Origin: Actinomycetota bacterium
GTDB lineage: Bacteria; Actinomycetota; UBA4738; HRBIN12
NCBI GenBank assembly: GCA_036390995.1
Contig: DASWAT010000083.1
Location: forward strand, 3,052 to 67,051
Length of the DNA stretch: 64,000 nt
Direction: 5' to 3'
Translations under genes and position numbers: made by a program
Notes under the pieces: model-generated
Told to the model about the DNA's origin: nothing
The model's input: the letters and a program-made list of their open reading frames with translations, nothing else
Database searches by the model: none
Shown here: positions 47,873 through 56,678 of the stretch, one piece after another
How the letters are laid out: every line of letters starts with the position of its first letter
Position numbering within the stretch: the stretch's first letter is position 1

Positions 47873-48366
47873 CGTTGCGCTCCGAGTTCGTCCTTCATGG
47901 CCGCCCGCGCCTCGGCTGCGAGCGAGCGGACCGACGTTGGCTTGACCCCGAGGAGCCGGCCGGCCTCGGCCGACCCGTACCCGAGCAGGTCCGTGAGGAC
48001 GACGGCCGCGCGCTGGCGCCGCCCCAGCTTGCCGAGGGCCCGCAGGACGGCGTCGCGGAGATCCGCTTCCTCGTAGGGGTCGTTCGATCGGAGCGGCTGG
48101 ACCACCACGCGGGCGGCCCGCAGCACCCGTCGCTTCCGACTTCGGAACCCATTCATGGCCGACCGGTACAGGTAGCCGGTCGGCTTCTCCATCTCGCGCA
48201 CCCGGTCCCACCGCTCCCAGATGTGGAGGAAGGCGTCCTGGGTGAGCTCCTCGGCCTCGTGCGGGTCACCCGTCATGAGGCAGAGCGCCCGGAAGAGCCC
48301 TCGACGCTCGGACTCGAAGAACTCCTCGAAGGTCGCCGCGCCCGTGGTCGCGGTCGCTTGGGCCAT
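47869..48366 (-). CDS. ECF (sigma-70 family) RNA polymerase sigma factor
   Basis: Start at MAQATATTG (ATG 48366) with RBS gggaggga. Region 2 (DAFLHIWERWDRVRE, YLYRSAMNGFRSRKRR) and region 4 (QRAAVVLTDLLGYGSAEAGRLLGVKPTSVRS). Confidence 0.8.
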   Translation of the reverse strand: MAQATATTGAATFEEFFESERRGLFRALCLMTGDPHEAEELTQDAFLHIWERWDRVREMEKPTGYLYRSAMNGFRSRKRRVLRAARVVVQPLRSNDPYEEADLRDAVLRALGKLGRRQRAAVVLTDLLGYGSAEAGRLLGVKPTSVRSLAAEARAAMKDELGAQR

Positions 48367-48410
48367 GGGCCGTCCCTCCCGAACGGCCAGTGCCGCGAAG
48401 GACGTGTACG

Positions 48411-48434
48411 CGCTCACGTCCCATGAACGCTCGG
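48411..48434 (-). promoter_or_regulatory. Conserved dyad element upstream of ECF sigma gene 1 (candidate autoregulated promoter/operator)
   Basis: + strand cgctcacgtcccatgaacgctcgg (sense strand CCGAGCGTTCATGGGACGTGAGCG), 45-68 nt upstream of ATG 48366. A near-identical element sits in the same position relative to the second sigma gene. Confidence 0.35.
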
Positions 48435-48663
48435 TCCGCCCTCGTCGTCCACCGGGCCCTGCTCGCGAGGGTCGCCCGAGCGTCCGGGGAGATCCGTGTG
48501 CCCCGAGTCCCCATGCTCGATGGGGCTCGCCCCGTCACCAAGGGCCTATCGGGCTATGGTCCACAGGACCGGTCGGCGACCGGCTCGAAGGACGACACCG
48601 CGGGACCGGGCGTGGCCGGTCCCTGCAACCCGCGCCCGGTCCCTGAACCAGGTGAGCCCTTGG

Positions 48664-49692
48664 TTACCCTCCGATCACCCGGAGCATGACCGCCGGGAAC
48701 ATCCGATCCGCGCTCGTGTTCCCCGTTGCGCATGTCACGGCGTAGAGGCCCTCGTCGAGGGGCCACGAACGGAGCGTGCCCGAGCCGACGATGTACTGCG
48801 CGTCGGTCACCCACGACGGCGGCGCCGAGGGGGGGTCACGACGGCTCGACCGCTCGACCTGCTCCCATGTGACGCTGGGTTCCAGGCTCGCGAGCGTGAG
48901 CCCGGAGCTCTTCGCGGCGGTCGTGTACCGGAAGATCCCCACGGTACCGGCGGCGACTTCCGTCGGACCGGCGTAGGAGCACCGCGTGCCGTCGAAGGTC
49001 ACCTGTGCCTCCATGACCGAGCTCGTCGTGTAGGGGACGATGGCGGTCGCGCCGGTCCCGCTCGGGGGGGCCGCCGCCTCCTCGCCGGAGCGGTCGATCA
49101 ACACGAAGGTGCCGAGGGCGACCAGCCCCGCGGCGAGCACGATCACCGCGATCGTGAGCCACCGGTTCGTGCGGCGGACCCTCCCGTCGTCCATGCGGAT
49201 GTCGGGAAGACGCACGCCGCCTGTCGTCTCGATCCGTGACTTGCTGTCCATGGTGGTACCTCCCTCCTCCGTCCCGGCGCGCGTGCCGGTCGCCGGTCCA
49301 TGGCCCGGACCCGGTGACGCGCCGGTTCGTCGCTCGTGTGCGCCCGATGCCCCGGGGCGAGCCCGGAGTCGGGCGATCGTCATGGCGGTGAGCCCCACCA
49401 CGGCGATGCCGATCCAGATGGCCAGGGTCGGCAGGACGAAGCCCGCGATCCCGTCGCCGCCGGGAGACGGCGGCGACGAAGCTCCGCCGGCCGGCTCCAT
49501 GGCGCCGCCCTCCCGCAGCGCGAGGAGGGCGCTGCCGATCCCGACCACGGCGATCGCCAGCGCCCCGACTACGGTGGCGATCCGCTGCGCGCGCAGCTTG
49601 CGCTCCCGCCGACGGAGCAGGCGTTCGATCGCGGGCTCGGGCATGGGGACCCGTCGCTCGATGCGCTCGAGGGTGGACCGGTAATCAGGCAT
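48664..49692 (-). CDS. Second sigma-coupled 3-TM membrane protein with unrelated beta-rich C-terminal domain
   Basis: ATG 49692 overlaps the sigma-2 3' end by 8 nt. N-terminus and TM region are collinear with the 46517-47872 product (MPDYRSTLERIERRVPMPEPAIERLLRRRERKLRAQRIATVVGALAIAVVGIGSALLALREGGA...), but the C-terminus is a different domain (TAIVPYTTSSVMEAQVTFDGTRCSYAG...). Confidence 0.6.
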   Translation of the reverse strand: MPDYRSTLERIERRVPMPEPAIERLLRRRERKLRAQRIATVVGALAIAVVGIGSALLALREGGAMEPAGGASSPPSPGGDGIAGFVLPTLAIWIGIAVVGLTAMTIARLRARPGASGAHERRTGASPGPGHGPATGTRAGTEEGGTTMDSKSRIETTGGVRLPDIRMDDGRVRRTNRWLTIAVIVLAAGLVALGTFVLIDRSGEEAAAPPSGTGATAIVPYTTSSVMEAQVTFDGTRCSYAGPTEVAAGTVGIFRYTTAAKSSGLTLASLEPSVTWEQVERSSRRDPPSAPPSWVTDAQYIVGSGTLRSWPLDEGLYAVTCATGNTSADRMFPAVMLRVIGG

Positions 49693-50185
49693 GGTCGTGC
49701 TCCATCGCTCGCCGGAGCGCCGCCCGGCCCTGGGCAGCGAGGTTCCGGATCGTGGTGGGTCGGACGCCCAACAGCTCCGAAGCCTCGGAGGATCCGAAGC
49801 CGAGGAGCTCGGTCAGGACCAGCGCCGCGCGCTGCCTGGGGGCGAGCCCGCGGAGCGCCCGGACCACCTCGTCGTGCAGATCGGCGCGCTCGTACGGGTC
49901 CTCGGACGTCTGCGACGGCAGGAGCTCGCGGGTCATCCGCGCCAGGCGTCGCCGCCGGCTGCGGAACCCGTTCATCGCGGTCCGGAACAGGTAGCCGTCC
50001 GCGTGCTCCATCTCGCGGACCCGGTCCCAGCGCTCCCAGACCGCCAGGAACGCGTCCTGGAGGATCTCCTCGGCCTCGCCGACGTCGCCGGTCATGAGGT
50101 AGACCGCCCCGAACAGCCGGCGCCGCTCGGCCTCGAAGAACTCCTCGAAGGCCCGGGCGGGCGCGAGGACGGTCTCTTGGGCCAT
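49685..50185 (-). CDS. ECF sigma factor (paralog of 47869-48366)
   Basis: Start at MAQETVLAPARAFEEFF (ATG 50185) after ggaggagggacgg. Region 2 (DAFLAVWERWDRVRE, YLFRTAMNGFRSRRRR) and region 4 (QRAALVLTELLGFGSSEASELLGVRPTTIRN). Confidence 0.8.
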   Translation of the reverse strand: MAQETVLAPARAFEEFFEAERRRLFGAVYLMTGDVGEAEEILQDAFLAVWERWDRVREMEHADGYLFRTAMNGFRSRRRRLARMTRELLPSQTSEDPYERADLHDEVVRALRGLAPRQRAALVLTELLGFGSSEASELLGVRPTTIRNLAAQGRAALRRAMEHDHA

Positions 50186-50229
50186 CGGCCGTCCCTCCTC
50201 CACGGCCACGGACCCCGACGGCGCGCATC

Positions 50230-50253
50230 CGTTCACGTCCCATGAACGTTCGG
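50230..50253 (-). promoter_or_regulatory. Conserved dyad element upstream of ECF sigma gene 2
   Basis: + strand cgttcacgtcccatgaacgttcgg, containing a perfect inverted repeat CGTTCA-N7-TGAACG, 45-68 nt upstream of ATG 50185. Confidence 0.35.
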
Positions 50254-50347
50254 GAGCGGATCCGCGTCTAGACGCCTCGATGCTCGTTCGGAACCGGTTC
50301 GGCCGGCAGGGGCGTTGGGCCCCTCGGGCGGGTGCCCGGGTCCGACC

Positions 50348-50897
50348 TCAAACGTCCACGCGGCCGCCGGTCCGCCAGTACTCGCCGCGCTCGCGGGCCA
50401 GGAAGCCCTCGTCCACCAGGTACCGGCGGAGGGACGCGTGGTCGTTGAGGAAGCGGCCGACGATGACGTTGACCTGCTTCTCGTCGTAGCGGACGCCGGG
50501 CTCGAACTCGAGCGCGATCCGCTCGAGCACGATGCGCCGCTTCGTCTCCTTCGAGGGGATCTCGACGAGGCGGCCGTTGCGGAAGAAGGCCCGGAGCACC
50601 GCCTCCTCGCTCTCGTCGGCGGCCCCCAGGGCGATGCCGGTCTCCCTGGGCGGCCCGACCTGCTCGGCGGCCCACCGGAGGGTCTCGGGCAGCCGATAGA
50701 TCCGGCGGTCGTCCTGGAGGCGGACCACCCCGGTCCCGGTGAGACGGTTCAGGTGCTTGCGAACCCGCGCGAGCGGCAGGCCGAGCTCCGACGCGAGCTC
50801 CCCCGCCGGTGAGCGCCCGCCGTGCCCAGGCACCCGCGATGGCCAGGCGCTCGGGGTCGGCCAGCGCTCGGAGGATCTCCTCGGGGGTCTCGGCCAT
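50348..50897 (-). CDS. ArsR-like HTH + DUF2087 regulator, apparently frameshifted in the HTH (possible pseudogene or sequencing error)
   Basis: The N-terminus MAETPEEILRALADPERLAIAGA is in one frame (ATG 50897-50895). The rest of the HTH and the DUF2087 domain (GELASELGLPLARVRKHLNRLTGTGVV...LRRYLVDEGFLARERGEYW) is in the -1 frame of ORF 50348-50833. The switch occurs around the C5 homopolymer at 50811-50815. Confidence 0.5.
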
Positions 50898-51855
50898 GTC
50901 GGTGGCTACTCCTACCATCCGGAGCGTGGAGGCAACCATCCCGCTCACCGCGACCCAGCGAAGGACGCTCGATGGCCTCATCGGCACCGGTGAGCGCCCC
51001 ACGTTCCCGGGCGACCTCGTGTCCCGGGTGCGGGACCGTATCGAGGAGGCAGCCCGCGGGTGCGAGCTTGCCGAGCCCCTGTGGCTCGGCAAGTCGAACC
51101 TCAGCGATCTCGGGCGGTGCCCTGGCCTGTTCGACGCCGTCCGCGCGGGAGAGCGGGGCCCGTTCGCGTTCTCGGCGCGGTTCGCCGCCGGCCGCCTCGC
51201 GCACAAGGCGGTCGAGCTGGAGGTCGCCGGGCGCGAGGACCGGGATCCGCACGGTCTGGTCCAGGAGGCCGTGGATCGCCTCGTCGAGGACGACGCCTTC
51301 CGCGCGTTCTGGGACGGGCTCGACCACCTCCGGCGCGACGAGACCCTCATGGAGTCGGCGAAGTCGCTCGAGCTGTTCCGCTCGACGCTGCCGCCGCTCC
51401 GGCGGATGCGCCGGGACCTCGCTCCCTCCACCGAATGGCACGTGCGTGCCGAGCTCCTCGGCGGCGCGGTCGTGCTCTCGGGGACCCTCGATCTGGTCCT
51501 CGGCTCCTCCTCGGCGGCCGAGCCCACCCGGGCAACCCGGCTGGCGATCGACCTGAAGACCGGCCGGGCCTGGCCCGAGCACGCGGAGGACATGCGCTTC
51601 TACGCGCTCCTGCTCGCGCTCCGCTTCGGCGTGCCTCCGTACCGGGTCGCGACGCTGTACCTCGACTCGGGGGAGTGGGTGGCCGAGGACGTCGACGCCC
51701 GGGTCCTCGACCGGGCAGCCGACCGCGTGATCGACGCTGTCCGCGCAGTCGCCGCCGCCTCGGCGGGTCGGGCGCCTGTGCTCCGTCCCGGTCCCTACTG
51801 CACCTGGTGCCCGCGCGCGGCGACGTGCCCATCCAGCGCCGCCCGCATCGCCTGA
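50896..51855 (+). CDS. PD-(D/E)XK nuclease, Cas4/RecB-like with 4-Cys Fe-S cluster signature
   Basis: An N-terminal Cys (LSDLGRCPGLF), motif II (GTLDLVLG), motif III D-x-K (RLAIDLKTGR), the QhxxY-like RFYALLLA, and a C-terminal C-x2-C-x5-C (YCTWCPRAATCP). This is the Cas4/AddB-type Cys ligand arrangement. Confidence 0.65.
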   Translation: MSVATPTIRSVEATIPLTATQRRTLDGLIGTGERPTFPGDLVSRVRDRIEEAARGCELAEPLWLGKSNLSDLGRCPGLFDAVRAGERGPFAFSARFAAGRLAHKAVELEVAGREDRDPHGLVQEAVDRLVEDDAFRAFWDGLDHLRRDETLMESAKSLELFRSTLPPLRRMRRDLAPSTEWHVRAELLGGAVVLSGTLDLVLGSSSAAEPTRATRLAIDLKTGRAWPEHAEDMRFYALLLALRFGVPPYRVATLYLDSGEWVAEDVDARVLDRAADRVIDAVRAVAAASAGRAPVLRPGPYCTWCPRAATCPSSAARIA

Positions 51856-51948
51856 TCGCCCACCACGCATCCGCCCGCATTTGTCGGCCCCCCGGGCCTC
51901 GCCTATCGTGCCGTTCGTCCGTCCGTGGCCTTCGAATGGGGTGAAAGC

Positions 51949-53190
51949 ATGGGCAAGGACCTGTACGAGATCGGCGAGATCCCGCCCGTCGGCGAGGTGC
52001 CGAAGCGGATGCACGCGCAGCTCGTCCGTCCCGACCGGTACGGCGAGCCGAAAGACGCGATCCGGGACGAGGTGATCGACGTTCCCGAGATCGGGCCGCA
52101 CGAGGCGCTCGTGATGGTCATGGCCGCAGGCGTGAACTTCAACAACGTGTGGGCCGCGCGCGGCGTGCCGGTCGACGTGACGAAGACGCAGGCCCGCTGG
52201 GGCGAGCCCACGGACTTCCACATCGTCGGCTCCGACGCCTCCGGGATCGTGTACGCGGTCGGCTCGGAGGTCACGAGCGTGAAGGTCGGCGACCGCGTGG
52301 TCGTGCACGCCGGGCAGTGGGATCTGGACGACCCGTGGGTGACGGGCGGCGGCGATCCCGGCCTCGCGGCGACCTTCCGCGTGTGGGGCTACGACTCGTG
52401 CTGGGGCTCGTTCGGCCAGTTCTGCAAGGTCCAGGCCCACCAGTGCCTGCCGAAGGCCGAGCACCTCACGTGGGAGGAAGCCGCCGCCCCCACGCTCACC
52501 GGAGCCACCGCGTACCGGATGCTCCACGGCTGGCCGCCGAACACCGTCAAGGAGGGGGACGTCGTCCTGGTGTGGGGGGCGTCCGGCGGCCTTGGCTCGC
52601 TGGCGGTCCAGCTCGTCACGCTGGCGGGGGCGAAGGCGGTCGGCGTGGTCTCGAGCACGGAAAAGGGCGAGTTCGCGACGTCCCTCGGGGCGGTGGGCTA
52701 CATCAACAGGAAGGACTTCGACCACTGGGGCGTTCCGCCGACGTGGGACTCGCCCGAGTGGAAGCAGTGGTTCGACGGCGCGAAAGCCTTCGGCAAGGCC
52801 ATCTGGGACGTGCTCGGCGAGCGGCGAAGCCCGAACATCGTGTTCGATCATCCCGGGCAGGACACGATCCCTACCTCGATCTTCGTGTGCGAGCGGGGCG
52901 GCATGGTCGTGATCTGCGCGGGGACGTCCGGGTACGACACGATGGTGGACGTCCGGTACCTCTGGTACCTGCAGAAGCGCTACCAGGGTTCGCACCTGTT
53001 CAACGACGAGCAGGCGGCCGCGTTCAACGACCTCGTGCGCGAGGGGAAGGTACAGCCCACGCTCGGCCACACCTACCGCTATGGCGAGAGCGGGGAGGTC
53101 CACCAGCTCATGGGCGGAGGCCGTCTCCCAGAGGGCAACGTCGCCGTCCTGATCAACGCGCCGGGGCCGGGCCTGAAGGACCTGCCCTAG
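51949..53190 (+). CDS. ccr: Crotonyl-CoA carboxylase/reductase family enoyl-CoA reductase
   Basis: Collinear similarity to Ccr: VPEIGPHEALVMVMAAGVNFNNVW, HIVGSDASGIVY, TWEEAAAPTLTGATAYRML, VLVWGASGGLGS, VVSSTEKGE, IVFDHPGQDT, AGTSGY...VRYLWYLQKRYQGSH. Confidence 0.7.
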   Translation: MGKDLYEIGEIPPVGEVPKRMHAQLVRPDRYGEPKDAIRDEVIDVPEIGPHEALVMVMAAGVNFNNVWAARGVPVDVTKTQARWGEPTDFHIVGSDASGIVYAVGSEVTSVKVGDRVVVHAGQWDLDDPWVTGGGDPGLAATFRVWGYDSCWGSFGQFCKVQAHQCLPKAEHLTWEEAAAPTLTGATAYRMLHGWPPNTVKEGDVVLVWGASGGLGSLAVQLVTLAGAKAVGVVSSTEKGEFATSLGAVGYINRKDFDHWGVPPTWDSPEWKQWFDGAKAFGKAIWDVLGERRSPNIVFDHPGQDTIPTSIFVCERGGMVVICAGTSGYDTMVDVRYLWYLQKRYQGSHLFNDEQAAAFNDLVREGKVQPTLGHTYRYGESGEVHQLMGGGRLPEGNVAVLINAPGPGLKDLP

Positions 53191-56100
53191 CCGGCGGACG
53201 CCTCGTCCACCTCGAAGAGGAACGCCCGCGCGCCGCAATCGACGAGGATCTCGCGGGCGCGTTCGAAGACGGGGGAGGGGTCCTCGCCCGTACGGGACAT
53301 CGCACGGCCGAGATCGACCATCGCCCGCGCGGCATCGATCCGTAGTCCGAGTTCTTCGAGGGCCGTGGCGCCGTCGGCGAGCAGCCTTCGCGCCTCGACA
53401 GGATCGTCGGCGAGGAGCCCCTCCATCAGGAGCGCGTTGGCACGCGCGGCCGGCGAGCGGCCGTGCTCGGACAGATCATGGTACGCCTCCGCCTCGTTTC
53501 GCCGTCCGGCGCGGATGAACGACCGAGCGAGGTCCGTGAACGCCTCCGGGATGTAGTCGACGTTGAAACCTCGCACGTCCGCGACGAACCCCACGAAGCA
53601 CGCGGCCGCCTCGTCGTTCGCGCCCCGCACGAGCGCGAGGAGGCCCTTAACGAGAGGGATCAACACGTCACTCTGCGGCTCGGGGTTCGCGTGGAGGAAC
53701 GGGAGCGATCCGAGATGCGCGGCCTCCGCCTCGTCGAGGTGCCCCGCGAACAGCAGCGCCATGGCGAGTCCCGTCAGGCGCATCCCGCGGAGCGGCTCGT
53801 CACCGACCTGAACGGCGAGGTCGATCGCCTCGCGCTGGAGGGCTTCCGCTTCGGCGACCCGACCGAGCCGGAGCACGACGTCGCCGAGGCTCCCGACGAG
53901 CCATCCGACGTGCCCGAGGGCGCCCGCGCGTCTGGCGACCTCGAGTCCCTCGCGGAGCACCTCCTCGGCCCGCCGACCGTCCGACGCGAAGTCGGCGAGG
54001 ACCGACGCAAGGTTGTTGTAGCAGCGCATCAGGTTCGAGAACTCCCCGACCTCCTTGGCCAGGCGGTACGCCTCCTCGAGCGTCTCGACGGCCTCTGCCG
54101 AGCGGCCCGTCTGCGAGATACACACGCCGAGCGTCTGCGTCGCTTCCGCGTGGACGAGCGGAGCGTCGACGCGCCGAGCCATCTCGACGGCGCGGCGCAG
54201 CAACGGCTCCGCCTCATCGGTCCGGCCCCGACGCCACAGGAACCACCCGAGGCGGTGGAGCGCGTCGGCGAGCTCGACCCGCTCCCCGAGTGGCTCGAGC
54301 GTCGCAACGGCGCCCCGTCCCGCGTCCTCGGCTTCCTCGTGCCGCGCGAGCGTCAGCAGCGGCAGCACGGCCTGTGCGCGCGCCCAGCCGATCCCCACCG
54401 GATCGCCGATCTCCTCATACGCGGCCAGGGCTTGCCCGAGGACCCGGACGCCCTCCTCGATCGGGTCGGTGCCCCACGAGGCGTCCGCGTGCGCTCGGGC
54501 GAGCTCGGCCCGGTCTCGGGCGGGGAGGCCGAGCGCGTCGGCCAGGTGCTCCGCCTCTCGGAACCATCTGGTCGCTTCTGCCCGCTGCCAGAGCGCCGCG
54601 GTCCGTTCCCCCGCCGCCTTCGTCCATCGGAAGGCGAGCCGTCGCAGCTCGGTCCGTCGCCCGCCGGTCTCGCCGAGCTCGTCGAGGTACCGGAGCGCCT
54701 CGAGCAGGTGGCTCGCGATGAGCTCGGCGATCTCCTCGGCGCGGTCGCCCGCGCGCCGCTCGGCCCACCGGGCTACGCCCGCGTGCTTCTCGGCGCGGAG
54801 CGCCTTCGGCAGCGAGTCGTACGAGCCGTCGCGGATCAGGTTGTGGCGGAACGAGAACTCGTGCTCATCGGAGAACGACGAGGGCTCGTGCGGTACCACG
54901 AGCTCCTTCACGCGCAACCGTCCGAGCGCGTCCCGCACCTGACCCATCTCCCGGCCCGTGAGCTCGCCGACGGCGCCGACCCAGAAGACCCTGCCGACGA
55001 CGGCCGCGTCCTGCAGGATGGTCTTCTCGTCGTCGGGGAGTCCGTCCAGCCGCGCGGCGATGAGCCCTTGGACCGAGCGAGGGAGCTCGACGTCCTCGAC
55101 CGGACGCGCGACCTCCCACCGGGAGGCCTCGGTCGCGCGGAGCACGCCGTCGTCGATCAGCTTGCGGACGATCTCCTCCACGTAGAGCGGGTTGCCCTCG
55201 CTCCGCTCGACGATCGTTCGCTTCAGGTCGGGCGCGATCTGCCCCGGGAGCAGGTCGTCCAGCATCGCCTCGCCCTCGGCCTCCGAGAGCGGATCCAGGT
55301 AGATCGAGGCCGCGTTCCGCTTCCCGCCACCCCACGTCGGCCGCGTCTCGAACAGCTCGGCGCGCGCGGTGGCGACCATCATGATCGGTCCCTGCGCCCA
55401 ATCGGCGACGTGATCGACGAAGTCCAGGAGCCCCTCGTCGGCCCAGTGGAGGTCGTCGAGGACCACCACGAGCGGGTAACGAGCGGCCAACCGCTCGAGG
55501 AACCGGCGCCAGGTCTCGAACAGCTCCTCGCGGCTCATCGAGCGCGGCTCCCCGGCGCCCACGAGCACGCGGATCTGTGGCGCGACGCTTTCGTCGCCGA
55601 ACAGCTCGCGGACCGCGGCGTCCGCCTTCTTCCCGGCGACCTCCGCGAGGTCGTCGTCGAAGATCTCGCATTGCGCCTTGATCGCGTCGGCGAAGGCCGA
55701 GTACGACGTGTTGCCGTACGCGAGGCATCGACCGCGGCGCCAGTACATCGTCTGCGGCAGTCCCTCCACGTAGCGCTCGAGCTCGGCGACCAGGCGCGAC
55801 TTCCCGACGCCCGCCGGCCCCACGATCGTGACGAGCGCGGGTCGCCCCTCGGCCTCCACCCGCCGGAGCGTCTGCTTGAGGACGGCGAGCTCCTCGTCCC
55901 GCCCCACCAGCCGGGCCTCCAGACCCAGACGCGGTCGCTCGCCTCGAACGCGCGCCTTGATGCGGAGGGCCCGCCACGCCGGCACGGGCTCGGCCTTGCC
56001 CTTCAGCGTCAGCGGCTCGAGCTCCCGGTACTCGATCACGTCCTTGGTGCTCGCGTAGACGCCCGGTCCGACGACGATGTGGCCCGGCTCCGCCGCGGTC

Positions 56101-56612
56101 TGCAACCGCGCCGCCGTGTTGACCGCGTCGCCGGTGAGCATCCGGTCTCGAGGGCCCGCCGCCCGCTCGAGGTCCACGAGCACCTCGCCGGCTTCGATGC
56201 CGATCCGCATCGCGAGCGCCGGCTTCCCCTCCGCCTCGAACCCCCGGTTCAGCTCGGAGAGCACCGCCAGCATCTCGATGGCTGCCCGGACGGCGTGCTC
56301 GGCGTCGTCCTCGTGCGCCCGAGGGACGCCGAAGATCGCCAGGACGGCGTCGCCCATGAACTTCTCGAGCAGGCCCTCGTACCGCTCGATCTCCTGGGAC
56401 AGACGATCGAAGGCCCGTCCCACCACCGATTGCACAACCTCGGGGTCCTCCTGCTCGGCCAGGGAGGTGGACCCGACGAGGTCCGCGAACAGCGCCGTGG
56501 CGAACTTGCGCTCCTTGCGTCTCGGCTCCGGCTGCACGAGCGCCGTTGCGCACTCGTTGCAGAACTTCGCCCCATCGGGGTTGTGCGCTCCGCACACGGG
56601 GCAGGTCAGCAT
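53187..56612 (-). CDS. Second zinc-ribbon / adenylate-guanylate cyclase / STAND NTPase / TPR multidomain protein
   Basis: MLTCPVCGAHNPDGAKFCNECA zinc ribbon. Cyclase domain (FATALFADLVGST...FMGDAVLAIFG...RIGIEAGEV), Walker A GPAGVGKS, Walker B VVVLDDLHWAD, and a TPR-like C-terminus. 1141 aa, the same architecture as 27162-30299. Confidence 0.8.
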   Translation of the reverse strand: MLTCPVCGAHNPDGAKFCNECATALVQPEPRRKERKFATALFADLVGSTSLAEQEDPEVVQSVVGRAFDRLSQEIERYEGLLEKFMGDAVLAIFGVPRAHEDDAEHAVRAAIEMLAVLSELNRGFEAEGKPALAMRIGIEAGEVLVDLERAAGPRDRMLTGDAVNTAARLQTAAEPGHIVVGPGVYASTKDVIEYRELEPLTLKGKAEPVPAWRALRIKARVRGERPRLGLEARLVGRDEELAVLKQTLRRVEAEGRPALVTIVGPAGVGKSRLVAELERYVEGLPQTMYWRRGRCLAYGNTSYSAFADAIKAQCEIFDDDLAEVAGKKADAAVRELFGDESVAPQIRVLVGAGEPRSMSREELFETWRRFLERLAARYPLVVVLDDLHWADEGLLDFVDHVADWAQGPIMMVATARAELFETRPTWGGGKRNAASIYLDPLSEAEGEAMLDDLLPGQIAPDLKRTIVERSEGNPLYVEEIVRKLIDDGVLRATEASRWEVARPVEDVELPRSVQGLIAARLDGLPDDEKTILQDAAVVGRVFWVGAVGELTGREMGQVRDALGRLRVKELVVPHEPSSFSDEHEFSFRHNLIRDGSYDSLPKALRAEKHAGVARWAERRAGDRAEEIAELIASHLLEALRYLDELGETGGRRTELRRLAFRWTKAAGERTAALWQRAEATRWFREAEHLADALGLPARDRAELARAHADASWGTDPIEEGVRVLGQALAAYEEIGDPVGIGWARAQAVLPLLTLARHEEAEDAGRGAVATLEPLGERVELADALHRLGWFLWRRGRTDEAEPLLRRAVEMARRVDAPLVHAEATQTLGVCISQTGRSAEAVETLEEAYRLAKEVGEFSNLMRCYNNLASVLADFASDGRRAEEVLREGLEVARRAGALGHVGWLVGSLGDVVLRLGRVAEAEALQREAIDLAVQVGDEPLRGMRLTGLAMALLFAGHLDEAEAAHLGSLPFLHANPEPQSDVLIPLVKGLLALVRGANDEAAACFVGFVADVRGFNVDYIPEAFTDLARSFIRAGRRNEAEAYHDLSEHGRSPAARANALLMEGLLADDPVEARRLLADGATALEELGLRIDAARAMVDLGRAMSRTGEDPSPVFERAREILVDCGARAFLFEVDEASAG

Positions 56613-56678
56613 GGCACGAAGACTACGCCGCGGTCGGTTCCCGGGGAACGGTCGCCCGGGTTGCCGAGCGGTTCCGGC

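Noticed and set aside
48418-48663. 245-nt gap between the two sigma modules examined for a small RNA or mobile element remnant
   Set aside because: No ORF, inverted terminal repeats or RNA structure signatures were recognised. It most likely holds the promoter of the upstream module.
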